A stretch of DNA of 64,000 nucleotides from Eledone cirrhosa (Eukaryota), in NCBI GenBank assembly GCA_964016885.1, contig OZ024740.1:167834001-167898000 (forward strand), in the 5' to 3' direction. Shown piece by piece: positions 41,040 through 54,599 of this stretch. Position 1 is the first letter of the stretch, and every line of letters starts with the position of its first letter. Both the position numbers and the translations under genes were made by a program. A model generated the notes under the pieces. It did no database searches and was not told where the DNA came from. It saw only the letters and a program-made list of their open reading frames with translations.

Positions 41040-43376
41040 TTCTTTATTTGCCACAAGGTCGCACAAGAGAGTGGGGGGACAAACAGGGACAAATTCCGGG
41101 GATTTTACAAACTGTCGTGTAAAAATATTGAAACAAATAAATTTAACAATCGAAATCCCCAATAGGTGGATGGGGCATAAATGGGTTGTTTAATACTCCG
41201 TCGATAGAACAACCCTCAACTTCAGGAGCGTGTAGATAGATATATTTCTTTATTTGCCACAAGGGCGCACAAGAAAGGGGGGACAATACAAAGATACATG
41301 CCGGGGATTTTACATACAGTCGCGTAAAAAAAATATATATATAAAACAAACAAATAATTATAACAATCGAAATCCCCAAAAGGGGGTAGACGCCCCAAAT
41401 GGCTTGTTTAATACCCCGTCGATAGAACAACCCTCAACTTCAGTAGCGTGTTGTGCAAGTGCTCCCTTCTTCCTTTTGCTCTCTTCTTTAACATACAGGC
41501 TTATAAACAGAGAAGGCCCAATTACTCGGGCCATTTTCCCTTCATTTACCCACTTTTCAGTATATTTACTGGGGTGCAGTGCCTCTCTCTCCACTCTGAT
41601 TCTCCTTCTAAAGTGATACTTAAAGAAGGGAATCAATTGTTGTTCGGAGAGAAAGGCATCTCTTTCGTTTTTGAAAGAGGCTGGAGGTTTGATCCTTACT
41701 ATGGACTCGGTAGTCAACTGGATTTGTCCCATACACGACAGCAGTTGTTCTGCATAGTTCCACAGGTCGCTTACGCCCGGGCAGTGTACAATTACGTGCA
41801 AGACGGTTTCAATATCCTGCCCGCATCTTGGCACGACCTCTTGGAAGGATCCCTGCCTGAAGGTCCGTGCCTGTCGATCTTATCTCGAACGGGTTGAGCT
41901 CCTCGGTAGCACTGCCAGGCCAGGGACTTCTGGAAGTCGTCCATAGGTCCCGGGCGGAACTGTTTGCTGTGCCCGCTTGACAGATGACTGTGAGTGCCTG
42001 GGCGCATTCCATGTGCCAGGCGCCCATCATCTTCGGTCTTCGCTTGACCCAGGACTGCAGCTCCGTCAGCGAGACAAGTTGTGGGAAGGCCTGTCTCACA
42101 AACGGTACCCACACCGGTTGGTCGGTGAGGAATACCTGAAGATGCCGTAGCCTCAGCGTATTTTCGAGCATCATTAGCCACGGCATGCCCAGCCCTCCGT
42201 TGGAAGGGTGTTGACAGCAGACGGATCTTCTCGTGTAGATAGATATGTTTCTTTATTAGCCACATGGGCACAAAAGAAGGGGACAATACAAAGGGGGAAG
42301 TTTACATACAATAAAAACGTGTAAAATACTATCACAAATGTAATTTAAAAATTAATCGATTTTCCCCAATAGGGGGAGACATTACATATGGGTAACACAT
42401 ACCCTCGATAAAAATATGCAGCCCTCATCTCCAGGAGTACGAAGAGTGAGTACCCCTTTCCTCTCTTCCTCTTTTTCCTCAACCTACAGGCTTATATAGA
42501 GAGAAGGCCCAATCACTCGGGCCCTTCTCGCCACTTTCACCCACCTTTCATAAAACTTTCTGGGGTACAGCACCTCTCTCTCCATCCAGTCTCTCTTTTT
42601 CTAAAGTGGTATTTGAAAAAATGAATCAGTTGTTGGCCAGAGAGAAAGGTGCCTGACCTCAGCCCTTTTAACCTCGTCCACCATACAACCTTTTTCGCCA
42701 TAGCTATCACAGAAAGGAAAACCGCCTCTCCTTCGTTTTTTGAAGGAGGGTGGCGGTTTGATCATGACGATGGACTCGGTGGTCAACCGGATTGGTCCCA
42801 CCCGCGACAATAGTCGTTCTACATAGCCCCACAGGTAACGCCCGGGCAGTGTACGAATGCGTGCGCGACGGTCTCTTCGTCTCGAACGCATCTTGTACAG
42901 ATCTTTTTCGAGGGGTCCCTTACCGGGCGCTCGTGTCTGTAGAGCTTGTCTTGAAATGGTAGAGCTCCTCGGTAGCACTGCCAAGCCAGGGACTTTTGAA
43001 AGTTGTCCATCGGTCCCGGGCGGAAGGTCCTACCAAACAGACTGGCCAGTTCGTCTTCCTCTACGCCTCGAGTTTCTCCGAGCGCGTCGTTGCACTTGCT
43101 GCGGACCAACCCTCTATAGAATGACGGAGTGGAGTCTCCACTGATCGCCGGGTCCGCCTGCCAGAGGGCTGTGAGCGCCTGAGCACATTCGATGTGCCAG
43201 TCGCCCATTTTCCTCGGTCTTTTCTTGACCCAGGACTGCAGCTCGGTCAGCGAGACGAGTCGTGGCAAGGCTCGCCCCACGAACGGGGCCCACACCGGTT
43301 GTCCGGTAAGGAACACGTGGAGGGGCCGCAACCTGAGCGCGTGTTTGCGCATCGTCAGCCATGGCACCCCACCCTC
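41040..43376 (-). mobile_element. Head-to-tail stack of three 5'-truncated Tx1-like family A copies (about 41040-41232, 41240-42235, 42243-43376)
   Basis: Two copies retain MPWL.M...LRLR.L.VFLT.QPVW and NFQKSLAWQCYRG. All three end AATAAAGAAA..TCTATC. The stack is bracketed by (GATA)n at 40991-41039 and 43377-43516. Confidence 0.9.
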
Positions 43377-43408
43377 TAGATAGATAGATTTGTTTATTTT
43401 ATAGATTT

Positions 43409-43517
<109 letters not shown>

Positions 43518-44039
43518 GGACTATGTGAATTGATAAATGAACGGACAGATAGACAAACAAGCAGAGCCGTATGACAGAACCGAATAAACATTGAGGAGTT
43601 TGTGCTGGTTAGCTTGCCTTATAGTCCTGCTCCGCCATGTTAGATAGATCCAGAACCTCTCCAATCACTTTCTGAGTCAGTTGAAAAGAATCAACTGGCT
43701 TAGATGTATCGTAAACAAACAGACGGGGTCTCGGTTGTATAGTAAACAAATCGAGGGAGTGCATCGGTACGGTAGAATAACTATAGGACGCATGACTTTG
43801 AATTACACATATCTAGTTCCACTCTCTCAACGGGTACTCCCTGTTGACGTCAACAGTTTTTAATCTTGATAAAAACGTACAAGCACACACACACGCGCAC
43901 ACACACGCACACACACACATACACACACCCATACATATATATATATATAGAGAGAGAGAGAGAAAGAGAGAGAGCGAGAGAGAGAGATAGATAGATAGAT
44001 AGATACATATATATATATACATATATATATATATAGATA

Positions 44040-44110
44040 GATATATTTCTTTATTTGCCACAAGGGCGCACAAGAAAAGGGGACAAAAGGAAGACATGCC
44101 GGGGATTTTA
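44040..44110 (-). mobile_element. Tx1-like family A terminal 3' fragment
   Basis: Minus strand TGTGCGCCCTTGTGGCAAATAAAGAAATATATCTATC, with GATA units on both sides. Confidence 0.8.
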
Positions 44111-44123
44111 CATAGATAGATAG

Positions 44124-44184
<61 letters not shown>

Positions 44185-44305
44185 CATACACATACATATA
44201 TGCATAGTTACATACATAAGCGACAGAGAGACAAGCATACGTATTTATAGATATATGTGCGTGTGTGTGTGCGTGTCTGTGTGTATATATATACATATAT
44301 GTGTG

Positions 44306-44346
<41 letters not shown>

Positions 44347-44935
44347 GCACAAAAACATATAACGATGTATGCGCGGATACATCCATACACACATACATAC
44401 ATACGCACATTGTCCGCATACACATCCATACGTACATAAACACATACTCACATAATTATATGTACAAACACACATGCAGGCATATGTGAAGCATCACTCA
44501 ACTAATTCGCCAGCTTCTCGATAAACCTTGGATTATCTTTAAATTTACTAACTTCAATATATTGGATGAAAAAACAGACAGACAAGATGTGAGATGGAAA
44601 CTTTTAGTGATAGACGGATAGACAAGCAGACAGGTCGTGTATAAGTTTTGTTAAGGAAAGTCTCAGCATGATAAGGCAATGGAACTGATATGAGATATGA
44701 ATATATATATTTATTAAAATAACAGATTAAAATTTAAGCAAAGAATCGCTGCTTAACTGGAGTTTCAGAAGATCCCGTTAAGGGTGAAAGCACCGATTCT
44801 TTGCTTAAACTTTAATCTGTTATTTTAATAAATATTTGCTCTACGGTTCTTATATATCTGATATATATTTATCCTTATCGAGCCCTCTTTGGATTTTAGT
44901 CTTCAAATTTATTATTATTACTATATATATATTGA

Positions 44936-45121
44936 GGCGGTGGATTGGCAGTATTGGTAGAGTGTCGGATGCCATGCTTTGGCGCATAGAGTTACGGCCC
45001 TTGCCATTCTGAGTTCAAATCCCGCCGAGGTTAACTTTGCCTTTCATCCTTACGGGGTCGATAAAATAAAGTACCAGTAATACACTAGGTAATTGCTGGC
45101 CTTGTGCCTAACGTAGAAACA
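44936..45121 (+). mobile_element. tRNA-derived SINE
   Basis: Full family sequence with ATTACTATATATATA on both flanks. Confidence 0.9.
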
Positions 45122-45168
45122 ATTACTATATATATATTCATTTTTTCCGTATATATAAATATATATAT

Positions 45169-46270
45169 ATATTTAATACAATAACAGAGAAAGCTTTAAG
45201 CTAAACTCTGACTGGCTACCATCTCACTCAACAAACATTAGGAAATATGTTAGTATAATCCCAATTTTGTGTTTGGAGTGCTAACTATATGTATTTTGTG
45301 GAAAGCCAGTTGTATTATTTTATATCTGATATAATTAAAATTAAAATATATCTCTCTTTCCAAACAATTGTTTCATTATAAGTTTTCTACAAGTTGGGAG
45401 AATGTTTCCGGTTTATGTAGAAGCCAACATATTTTTCTGTAAGAACACATGCAAGTGGTCACTTATAAATCATCAGTGGATGCCCATTAAACTTTGATAT
45501 AAGAAAAAATTTCTTACCTCAGTTAATTTTCGTGTCAGCTAAGTCGTCCCTTCACGCATCAAATGACCGCTAAATTTGAAATTCCAGCAGTCTTTAGACT
45601 GAGGAATTTCACAGCGTAACGAAGCGGAGAAGGGAGGCAATCGCAAATCACAAGAAAGTAAAATAATATACACGTGGGTTAATTAGTTTTTTTAAAAACA
45701 ATATCAATCCTGCGTGTTAAGAACTCAATTAATTTTTTAAAAATAAATGTATGCATGTATTAATTACACACGCATATAGATATTTTCTTAGGCTAAAAAC
45801 AGAGAAGTGATACCTAAATAACAAACAATATCTCATAACAGTAATAAATACGGAAAGTTACGTTTAAAGGTATCTGGAAATATAATTCTCTGGCCAAATC
45901 AAGAGTAAAATATTTAATACAATAACAGAGAAAGCTTTAAGCTAAACTTTGACCGGCTACCATCTCACTCAACAAACATTAGGAAATACGTTAGTATAAT
46001 CTCAATTTTGTGTTTGGAGTGCTAACTATATGTATTTTGTGGAAAGCCAGTTGTATTATTTTATATGAGATATAATTAAAATTAAAATATATCTCTCTTT
46101 CCAAACAATTGTTTCATTATAAGTTTTCTACAAGTTGGGAGAATGTTTCCGGTTTATGTAGATGCCAACATATTTTTCTGTAAGAACACATGCAGGTGGG
46201 CACTTATAAATCATCAGTGGATGCCCATTAAACTTTGATATAAGAAAACATTTCTTACCGCAGTTAATTT
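45169..46270. repeat. About 360-bp direct repeats (45169-45529, 45910-46270) around a unique spacer of about 380 bp
   Basis: ATATTTAATACAATAACAGAGAAAGC...CAGTTAATTT occurs twice with few substitutions. The unit is bounded by (TA)n. Confidence 0.9.
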
Positions 46271-46350
46271 ACAGTTAATTTATATATATATATATAAATT
46301 AATAAAAACAATGAATAAAAACAAAGAACAAGTTCCTTATATTAAAAAAT

Positions 46351-46484
46351 TCATCATTTTACGATCGTTTCTAGGATATATATGTGTGTTGGTATGTATA
46401 TCATATAGATCTATGTAAAAAATTTACAAACTATCAGAGGAAATATACATACCTTCACATATATATGCTGTCTTCAGAAATAAT
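46351..46484 (-). ncRNA. Type I hammerhead motif with about 100-nt helix II in the PLE 3' pseudo-LTR
   Basis: ATTATTT-CTGAAGA-cagcATATATATGTG..GGTATGTATAT...ATATACATACC..CACATATATATccta-GAAA-CGATCG-TA-AAATGAT, on the same strand as the PLE ORF. Confidence 0.75.
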
Positions 46485-46621
46485 TGTTTCTACTTTTGGC
46501 ACAAGGCCAGCAATTATCCAGTGTATTACTGGTACTTTATTTTATCAACCCCATAAGGATTAAAGGCAAAGTTAACCTCGGGGAGATTTGAACTCAGAGT
46601 AGCAAGGGCCGTAACTCTATA
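46485..46621 (-). mobile_element. 5'-truncated SINE with 16-bp TSD
   Basis: TSD TGTCTTCAGAAATAAT at 46469-46484 and 46622-46637. Confidence 0.9.
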
Positions 46622-49586
46622 TGTCTTCAGAAATAATGATATTTGTTTATTGAAAAAAAAAAACAAAGATTTAATATAATAGGTCTGTTTGGGAACAGGT
46701 TTTGAATTGACCAATAGAAAAGTAGTAAGAGGTCAAGTTGATAGAATAGTAGTAGTAGAAATTTAATTTAGGAGTAGAGGAATGCAGACTTAAGTTTTCA
46801 ATGGAAAGAATACTTTGAATGAAAAGAATACTTTGGGGATGAAAAGCGGTCAAGCCGGTGAAAGGTACACGAAAATTTGATGCTATTAAAGAATAATGCT
46901 AATGTTAAAACCGAGGGAGAATAAAATTTTAGGGTAAAGATGTTAGTGAGAAATACCAATCTTATTTAAAACACAAGGAATTTAGATCTATAACAAGAAA
47001 TTAAATTGATTGATAGGTATACTTATAGGGAAGAATTAATATTAATTCATATGGATGTGATAAATAAGAGTTAGATGTTATTAAAGAATGTTGTTAAAAA
47101 CGAAGGAAAATAAAAATGTTTGAATAAATGTAGTAGTGAGAAATATCAATCTTATATAGACTACAAGGAATCTAGATTCATAACAGGAAATTAAAATAAT
47201 TTATATGTATACTTTTAGGTATTAATTTTAGGAAAAGAGAGCTGTAAGAGTGAAATAAAATGATGAAGTTCTCTGTAGTAAAATACTAATTATAGGTTAA
47301 CTAAATTAAAAAAACTAATTATAATAATATGTAAAATATAAGTGTAAGGTGTATATTAATTAGTTTTATAATATTTGAAAGTTTTTCTAATTCTATGATT
47401 GCAAGATATAATTAATTCTTGTCGCTTATTTAATAGGATATCCTTAGATTTCATTATTTCAAAAAGTTCCTGGGAGCATAATCTACACTCATATCTGTTA
47501 TTTTGACCTGGAGTGTGCCCTTTTTAGCACACTCCAGGTCAGGTTGTAATCGATATTCTTTTTTCTATAATTATTAATTGTTTCAACCAAGGATGTTGTA
47601 TTAGCTAATGCGGCATTTTTAAAACTATGTTTGTAGGTATTAAATCTTACTTTAAATTGGTTAGAAGTAGCTCCTATATATGAATAAGTTGAGTCCTTAG
47701 TGCTAATTTTACATTTATATACTATGTTATTAATAAGACAATTTCCCTTTAATGGGCAATTTCTTTTGTTTCTACAGTTACAACCATTCGTGAATATTAT
47801 ATCAGGGAAGTTAGTCAAATTTGGTGTGGAAATTACTCGACTTGTTATATGTGAAGGAGATGGTGGTTTGTTGCGGTTTATTTTAGTATTATGGTTGATT
47901 TGATGTGTTGGTGGTATATTCGTGGTTTTTTTACATTGTACGCACTTATATTTTGTTGTATATTTTTGGTAGTGGAATATGAAAATTTGACAGTTGATCT
48001 ATTTAAAATTTGATGGTATTTATGGTTTGGCGGGAAGTTTTTCTCTAGGATAGTAAAAACATTTTTAGGGATATTATCTTTAATTTGTAGATTAAATGGA
48101 GCATTATACCAAGTAACTCGTCTATTACGGTTTCGATGTTGTTTTTTTATATTTATACGATGTATCAGGATGTTTACTAAGAGAGTTAATATTAGTGAAT
48201 TTATTATATATAGGTTTAGTTAGTTTAACTGATTTAGGTGTTTTAGTCTGATTATTAGGAAATTTGTTAGTAATGTTGTTAAATATATTGGAGTATTAGG
48301 ATGAATGGTTTTTTGAAAGTTATTATATTTTATGTGAGAAGAGGTAGAGAAATTAAGTTTTAAGTTAGTATTTCTGGGTGTAGTGTGAGTGGCATTTAGG
48401 TGTGTGTTTTTCATTTGGTGTTTGTTGGTAATATTGGGTTGTATGTTTGAAGTATTATCGGTGCAAGGTATATAGACTAATTTGTTTTTGTGGCCGCTTC
48501 TAGCTAAAGCTTCGTTATAAAAGGGCGCATTTTTATCGAATACATCCTTGTTCGATGAAAGGTTAGAAATTCTGAGTGAGATATTATATGCTAGGTTTTT
48601 AAGGATAGATCTAGGGTGATTGGATTGTGAGTGTATGTAATGTAAGTTTTGGTTAGGTTTATGGTAAGGTTGGTAGATACCCGTAGATAAGTCTAAAGTT
48701 ATAGCTAGGAAATTAACTACTTTACTGGTGTTTTCAAATGTAATAGTGAGACTATAATAGTCTTTCAGGAAAGTTCTAATAAGTTTTTTTATTTTTTTCA
48801 ATTTCTGATAGGCTAAGGTTAGTGGAAAGAAGAAGACAGTCATCACGATATAAACCACCTTTAAGGTGGGGAAAAGAAGAATTTATGTTAAATAGAAGAA
48901 AGAAGCCCACGAGATCGGTAATTTAAGCTTCTGCTTAAATTACTAGAGCCCATAGTAATGTCGAATAGATTACTATATGTATTTCTGGTCCAGTATTCCT
49001 TCTGAAATTCCAGTAGTGTTTGTCTAGCGTGTGTGATAATACTAATGTCATCCATAGTTAAGTTTGATCTATTTTTGGCAAATATCAAGGCTTTGTTCAG
49101 GAGTATGGGGGATAAAGATGGATAATAAGCATCTATATCAAATTGTAGAAATGAAGCAGATGAGTTATTTCTAATATTAGTAAACCAGTTAATTACCTGG
49201 GATGTGTTTTCCCAGAGTGGTAAATTAACGTGTTTTCTTAATTGTGGGATGATTCTGTCTAAAATTGTTTTACTAATGATGCCAATGTCAGATTTGGAAG
49301 GATTAGAGTTAAAGTTAGATTTGTGATCTTTCAGGTTAAAGTGTGTTTTTTTCAGTGCCAAAGGTTCAGTTCTGTCTTCAATATTGAGTTTATTTACTAT
49401 GTTGTGTGTTTTGCTGTTGATATTAGTAAGAGCCATATTATTTGTTTTTTAATAATTTTTCCTAAGTTCTTTATAAATGAACTCATTGTAATTATCAATC
49501 CATGTGGTATAGATTTCCAGTTTTGTCAGAGTGGACGTGGACTTTGTTAGATATTTTTAGATCCAATAGGGTAGAGTCAAGATCCT

Positions 49587-49618
<32 letters not shown>

Positions 49619-49633
49619 GATATGAGATATGAA

Positions 49634-49793
<160 letters not shown>

Positions 49794-50832
49794 GTGTGTG
49801 TGTGTCTGTCTCTGTGTGTGTGTGACTGTGTGTGTGTCTGTGTATGTGTATTAATTTCTCTCTTCCTGGTTGGGGTTTTGAAGATTACATTGAGTGGCCA
49901 CCTGCTCCATAAGATTATTGCATTTTTCTCTCCATATTTTTCATTTCCTTTCATCATTCTATAATTTGTGATCTGCAATGCAGTTCTTTTATGTTGTTTT
50001 CTGATTCCGAATAGGTCGTCTTTGCTTTGCATCTTTTCAGTTTCTAAAATATAAGTACCAGCCAAATATTGGGCTTAATTTAATCGACTGTTTCTACATG
50101 TGTGCGTTTATCTATGTATGTAGGAAGTCATTATTATCAAATACCTGAGGATGTTAAATTGGCGTGGGACACAATACCTTACAATGGGGTTACCTTTTAT
50201 CCTTCTTGGCTCGAATTCAACTACTTGTTTTATTGAAATAATTATTATCAACCTTGTGCGCCCTTGTGCTTATGGAGTCCAGTAGCAGAATTCAAAGTAC
50301 AAGGGTTTCATTCAACCCAAAAATCAACATAGGTTTGACACTAGAATTTCATAGCTAATGACCCTCAGATCAACCCAAAGTAGTTTTCAGAGGGAAACGT
50401 GGTATAGGTTCCGAATTTGGGATGGTCTTTGTCATTCAACTATTGATATCTGCATGGAATTGGAGTTTGTCAGCTTTATCTTTTTTTCTAATGGTAAAAG
50501 TTGCACAAAATAGAATATAAAGCAAACTTACAATGAAAGGAAGTAATATATTAAACCAATATTGCCGCAAACCCCCGCAAATTTCGTTTTAAGAATTTTA
50601 TATATATTCAGGAAAGGGGATTCTTCCTTTCGTTTCAGATTAGATCAGTAAATCAGACAAGGATGAAATTGCAGAGATTGCTCTGTATCAGAATATGGGA
50701 ATTTATGTGTGTATCTGTATGTATATACGTGTGGAGGTGGGGTAAAACGTATGGTCGTCTATCATCTTTTCTTGTTACTGCTATTCAGTCTGCGTTCCAT
50801 TAGGACTTACCTCCCTTTATTACTAATGTTAG

Positions 50833-51017
50833 GGCGGTGGTTTGGCAGTATTGGTAGAGCGTCAGACACCATGCTTTGCAGCGTAGAGATATGGTCCTTT
50901 ATGTTCTGAGTTCAAATCCGCCGAGGTTAACTTTGCCTTTCATCCTTACGGGGTCGATAAAATAAAGTACCAGTAATGCACTGGACTAATCGCTGGCCTT
51001 GTGCCAAAAGTAGAAAC
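50833..51017 (+). mobile_element. tRNA-derived SINE
   Basis: Family sequence with TTTATTACTAAT on both flanks. Confidence 0.88.
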
Positions 51018-52017
51018 TTTATTACTAATTTTACTTATTAGTTTGTTGCAGATCGTTTCTGTACGAATGTTTCTACATTGGAGACCTAAAGTCTGGATGT
51101 TTGGGACGATATACGAATAAATGACTGTAGCATTAAACATGTGCTGGTAATAATTTCCAGCATCTGACCTCCCGGAATAGGAAGGCCTTTCTAAAAATTT
51201 AATAGTCATATAATGACAAAACGGATAACATCGATGTCTAATATCAACGTCGATGACATTGAGATTTGACATCGATGACAGTGGATCAGGACACTAAAGA
51301 ACATAGAGTCTGTGTTTAAAATAGAACAGCGTAGATACAATGAATCGTGGAGATACGACAGTGAATGTGCAATGACTAATAAGAAAACTATGGAGCGGAA
51401 ATGCAATAAGTCAGAGAATATAGGCGTCAGAAATGTAGAGCATGAGAAGATCTGAGCCTTAGACGTTAGTCGGTGATGATGCAGGAGAGAGATGTAACGT
51501 GTGAGAGACAATAAGGAAAGACGCATTCAGTAGAGCAGTATATGATAGAGACTGTGTATATGTATGTTTGTGTGTGAATCTCTATATGTGTGTTTGTGTG
51601 AATGTGTGTATGCGTGAGAGAGAGCGAGAGAAGGGGTGACTGAGAAACGGAGGTGGAGTTAGACATCCGATGGACCAAGTAGGGAATAGTAGAAGAGATT
51701 TAGTGTGTGAACGGGACTCTTCATAATACATCATTATAGAGCCGGAGAATTTGAAAATATATTGAAATAGTGACAATGATTCAGTGAAAGACCTGGAGTA
51801 TGAGAGTTATAATTAGGTTAATAATATAGTGAGAGAAATACTGAACAGCAGGTAGAGAAGCAGACGGAATGGAGCAATATTCTATTAAACAATAGTAGAC
51901 GGAATGGAGCAATGTTCTATTGAAATATAGTAGACGTCATTGAAGTTAGCATATTTAGAGACGATGCGTAAGGATTATAATGAGGAATATAATAAAAACG
52001 ATACTCTCGCAAACGCG

Positions 52018-52059
<42 letters not shown>

Positions 52060-52061
52060 CA

Positions 52062-52109
<48 letters not shown>

Positions 52110-53674
52110 CACACACATACACACACACACACACACACACATACACACACACGCGCGCGCCCACACATACACACACACACATGCACACGCACATATGCAC
52201 GCGTACACACACATACACACATACATACACACACACGCAAACACAAACAGTCACATCCACATAGATTCTAATGTTAAAACTCCAAAATATTAAGGGTGTA
52301 TTTATCTAGTTTATATTGTTATTATAGACATGTTATTCGATTCTCTAAAAAGCATTACTATAGTTTGATCTCTTCATTACGGAGCAGCTACAACTTAATT
52401 GACTCTCACACACAATGTTTTCTATGACGCCATTTAAAAAAAAAATATTTTCTATTTTTCTGAACAAGTACTTCGTGTGCGTATCTATATTTTGCCTATA
52501 TAAATCTTAGCATAATGCACCGATTTTTAGAAGAGACTGGGGAATAAACTTTGCCAATAAAGGCCTGCCAACAAATACAGAATGAAACCAAAATTCTCAA
52601 TAACTAGTGAGACTAGCTTGTTTCTTTGAAGGTCTATCTGCTAACACATGTATTAAGAAGGGGCTCCTTACAGAGATCAACGTAATAGTTAACGCTAAAC
52701 GCCTGGATCGTAGTTTCTTTCCCATTTTCTTTTCCATCCATCAATTATGCAAAGGTTGCATTGATCCTGCTCTCCATCCATTTATTTAAACCGTAAATGA
52801 ATCATAAAATATTCACGCAATAGTTGGGATGGTTTTTGATGTTTCAGAATAAGTAATCTATATATCTTAAACCAACATACTTGTATAAATTAATTAAAAT
52901 TAATTAAATAGTCGGCAATAGTCAACAAAATCAGAATAGCTGGATGAGGTTAATGAGGTTAGATTTAGTTTAATTGAGTCAGTTTGATGGTCAGTTTCAA
53001 TTTCTGGAGGTTAACAATTGCAAAGAAAATGTGAGCAGAGACGGAATCTTAAAGGATGACAGTTCTGTGAAGGAAAGATTTTCGAAGTAATATTTATGCA
53101 TATAATGTGTATATTAAATATATGTAAAGAGCTGCAGCTGCACTGTGTCAAATGTGTGAATAATTCTTTAAAATGAATTTTATTTTAGCTGTGTAGTGAC
53201 CCAGTGTCTAATGAGGGGCGAAGTAGATTTTCTTAATTTTTTTTTTTTGTTTTGTTTTTACTGGTGTTGCCATGGATTACGTTTCTTAGCTGTTCGATCC
53301 TTACTAAATAGTAGTTCATATTTTTATACGAAATTTGTTGTACGATGAAGAATTAATGGGGATGGGGCAATTGAACAATGTAGCTCCCAAGTCAAATTTA
53401 AATTATCTCATTTTCCTAGCTGCTATCGAAACAATTTTATGATGTAATGTGAACATTTGGGATTTAAAATATATTTTTTGAATTATCAGGGTGAAATTTA
53501 CAGGTCAGGGATATAAAATGTTATTTATTAACTATGATTTAATTGGATCGGAAAGCTGACGCATACTTTTTCTCTCTCATTCTCTTATTTTCTCTTTCAT
53601 TCTCTCTCTCTATCTTTCTTTCTTTCACTCCCTTACTCTTTGTCCACTCCCTTTTATGTTTCTCTCTTCTCTCT

Positions 53675-53756
<82 letters not shown>

Positions 53757-53863
53757 GCTTTTCATAACTTCTAAATTTCCTAGACTAAAGATAAAAAGAA
53801 TGCATTTTCGTAAACTTTTACGCCCTCTCCCTTTTATGTTTTATGTTTCTCTCTTCTCTCTCT

Positions 53864-53934
<71 letters not shown>

Positions 53935-53969
53935 CATATATATATGTATATGTATATACATATATATAC

Positions 53970-54065
<96 letters not shown>

Positions 54066-54167
54066 TGTATATATACATGTATATATATATACATATATAT
54101 ATCACATATATATATATATATATATTTACATATATGAGAAAAACCACAGACCCTCCATCTCAACTCA

Positions 54168-54205
54168 CCTTTTGAAAAGCAGAAGAACTGCGAAACCGGT
54201 AAAGG
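54168..54205 (+). ncRNA. Minimal type I hammerhead motif with U3-A8 core
   Basis: CCTT-TTGAAAA-GCAG aagaa CTGC-GAAA-CCGG-TA-AAGG. All three helices pair. A mutated second copy lies at about 54627-54664. Confidence 0.72.
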
Positions 54206-54352
54206 AACCAAATAAATATATATATTTTTTTAAAAAATAAGACTTCAGTTGCATTTTCGATTTCATCCCTTTTTCTTTATACTTCCACTCGTGTAGGACA
54301 CCTCGGTTATTTTTCATTTTGTAAAAAAAAAACCTCACTTTCTAATATATTT

Positions 54353-54414
<62 letters not shown>

Positions 54415-54530
54415 GTAGTAATAATAAATTTAAAGACTAAATTCTGCGTTCACAGATTGATCTTTTTAGTTTCAGAAGATCCCGTCAAGGGTGAAAGCAC
54501 CGATTCTTTGCTTTAAACATTAATCTGTTA

Positions 54531-54599
<69 letters not shown>

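Larger units (their letters stand above)
46290..49595 (-). mobile_element. Penelope-like element (Nematis-like), 5'-truncated and disrupted, with a 3' pseudo-LTR region
   Basis: RT motifs FLQFDIDAYYPS, FDITMGS, GLYRDD, VNFL.ITLDL, YHKPN..YIH.QSNHP. Endonuclease motifs CNCRNKRNCPLKGNC, IVY, YIG and CRLCSQE..LLNKRQEL..CNH. Confidence 0.88.

Noticed and set aside
51862-51935. 35-bp tandem duplication
   Set aside because: Two copies only, an ordinary local duplication and not an array.
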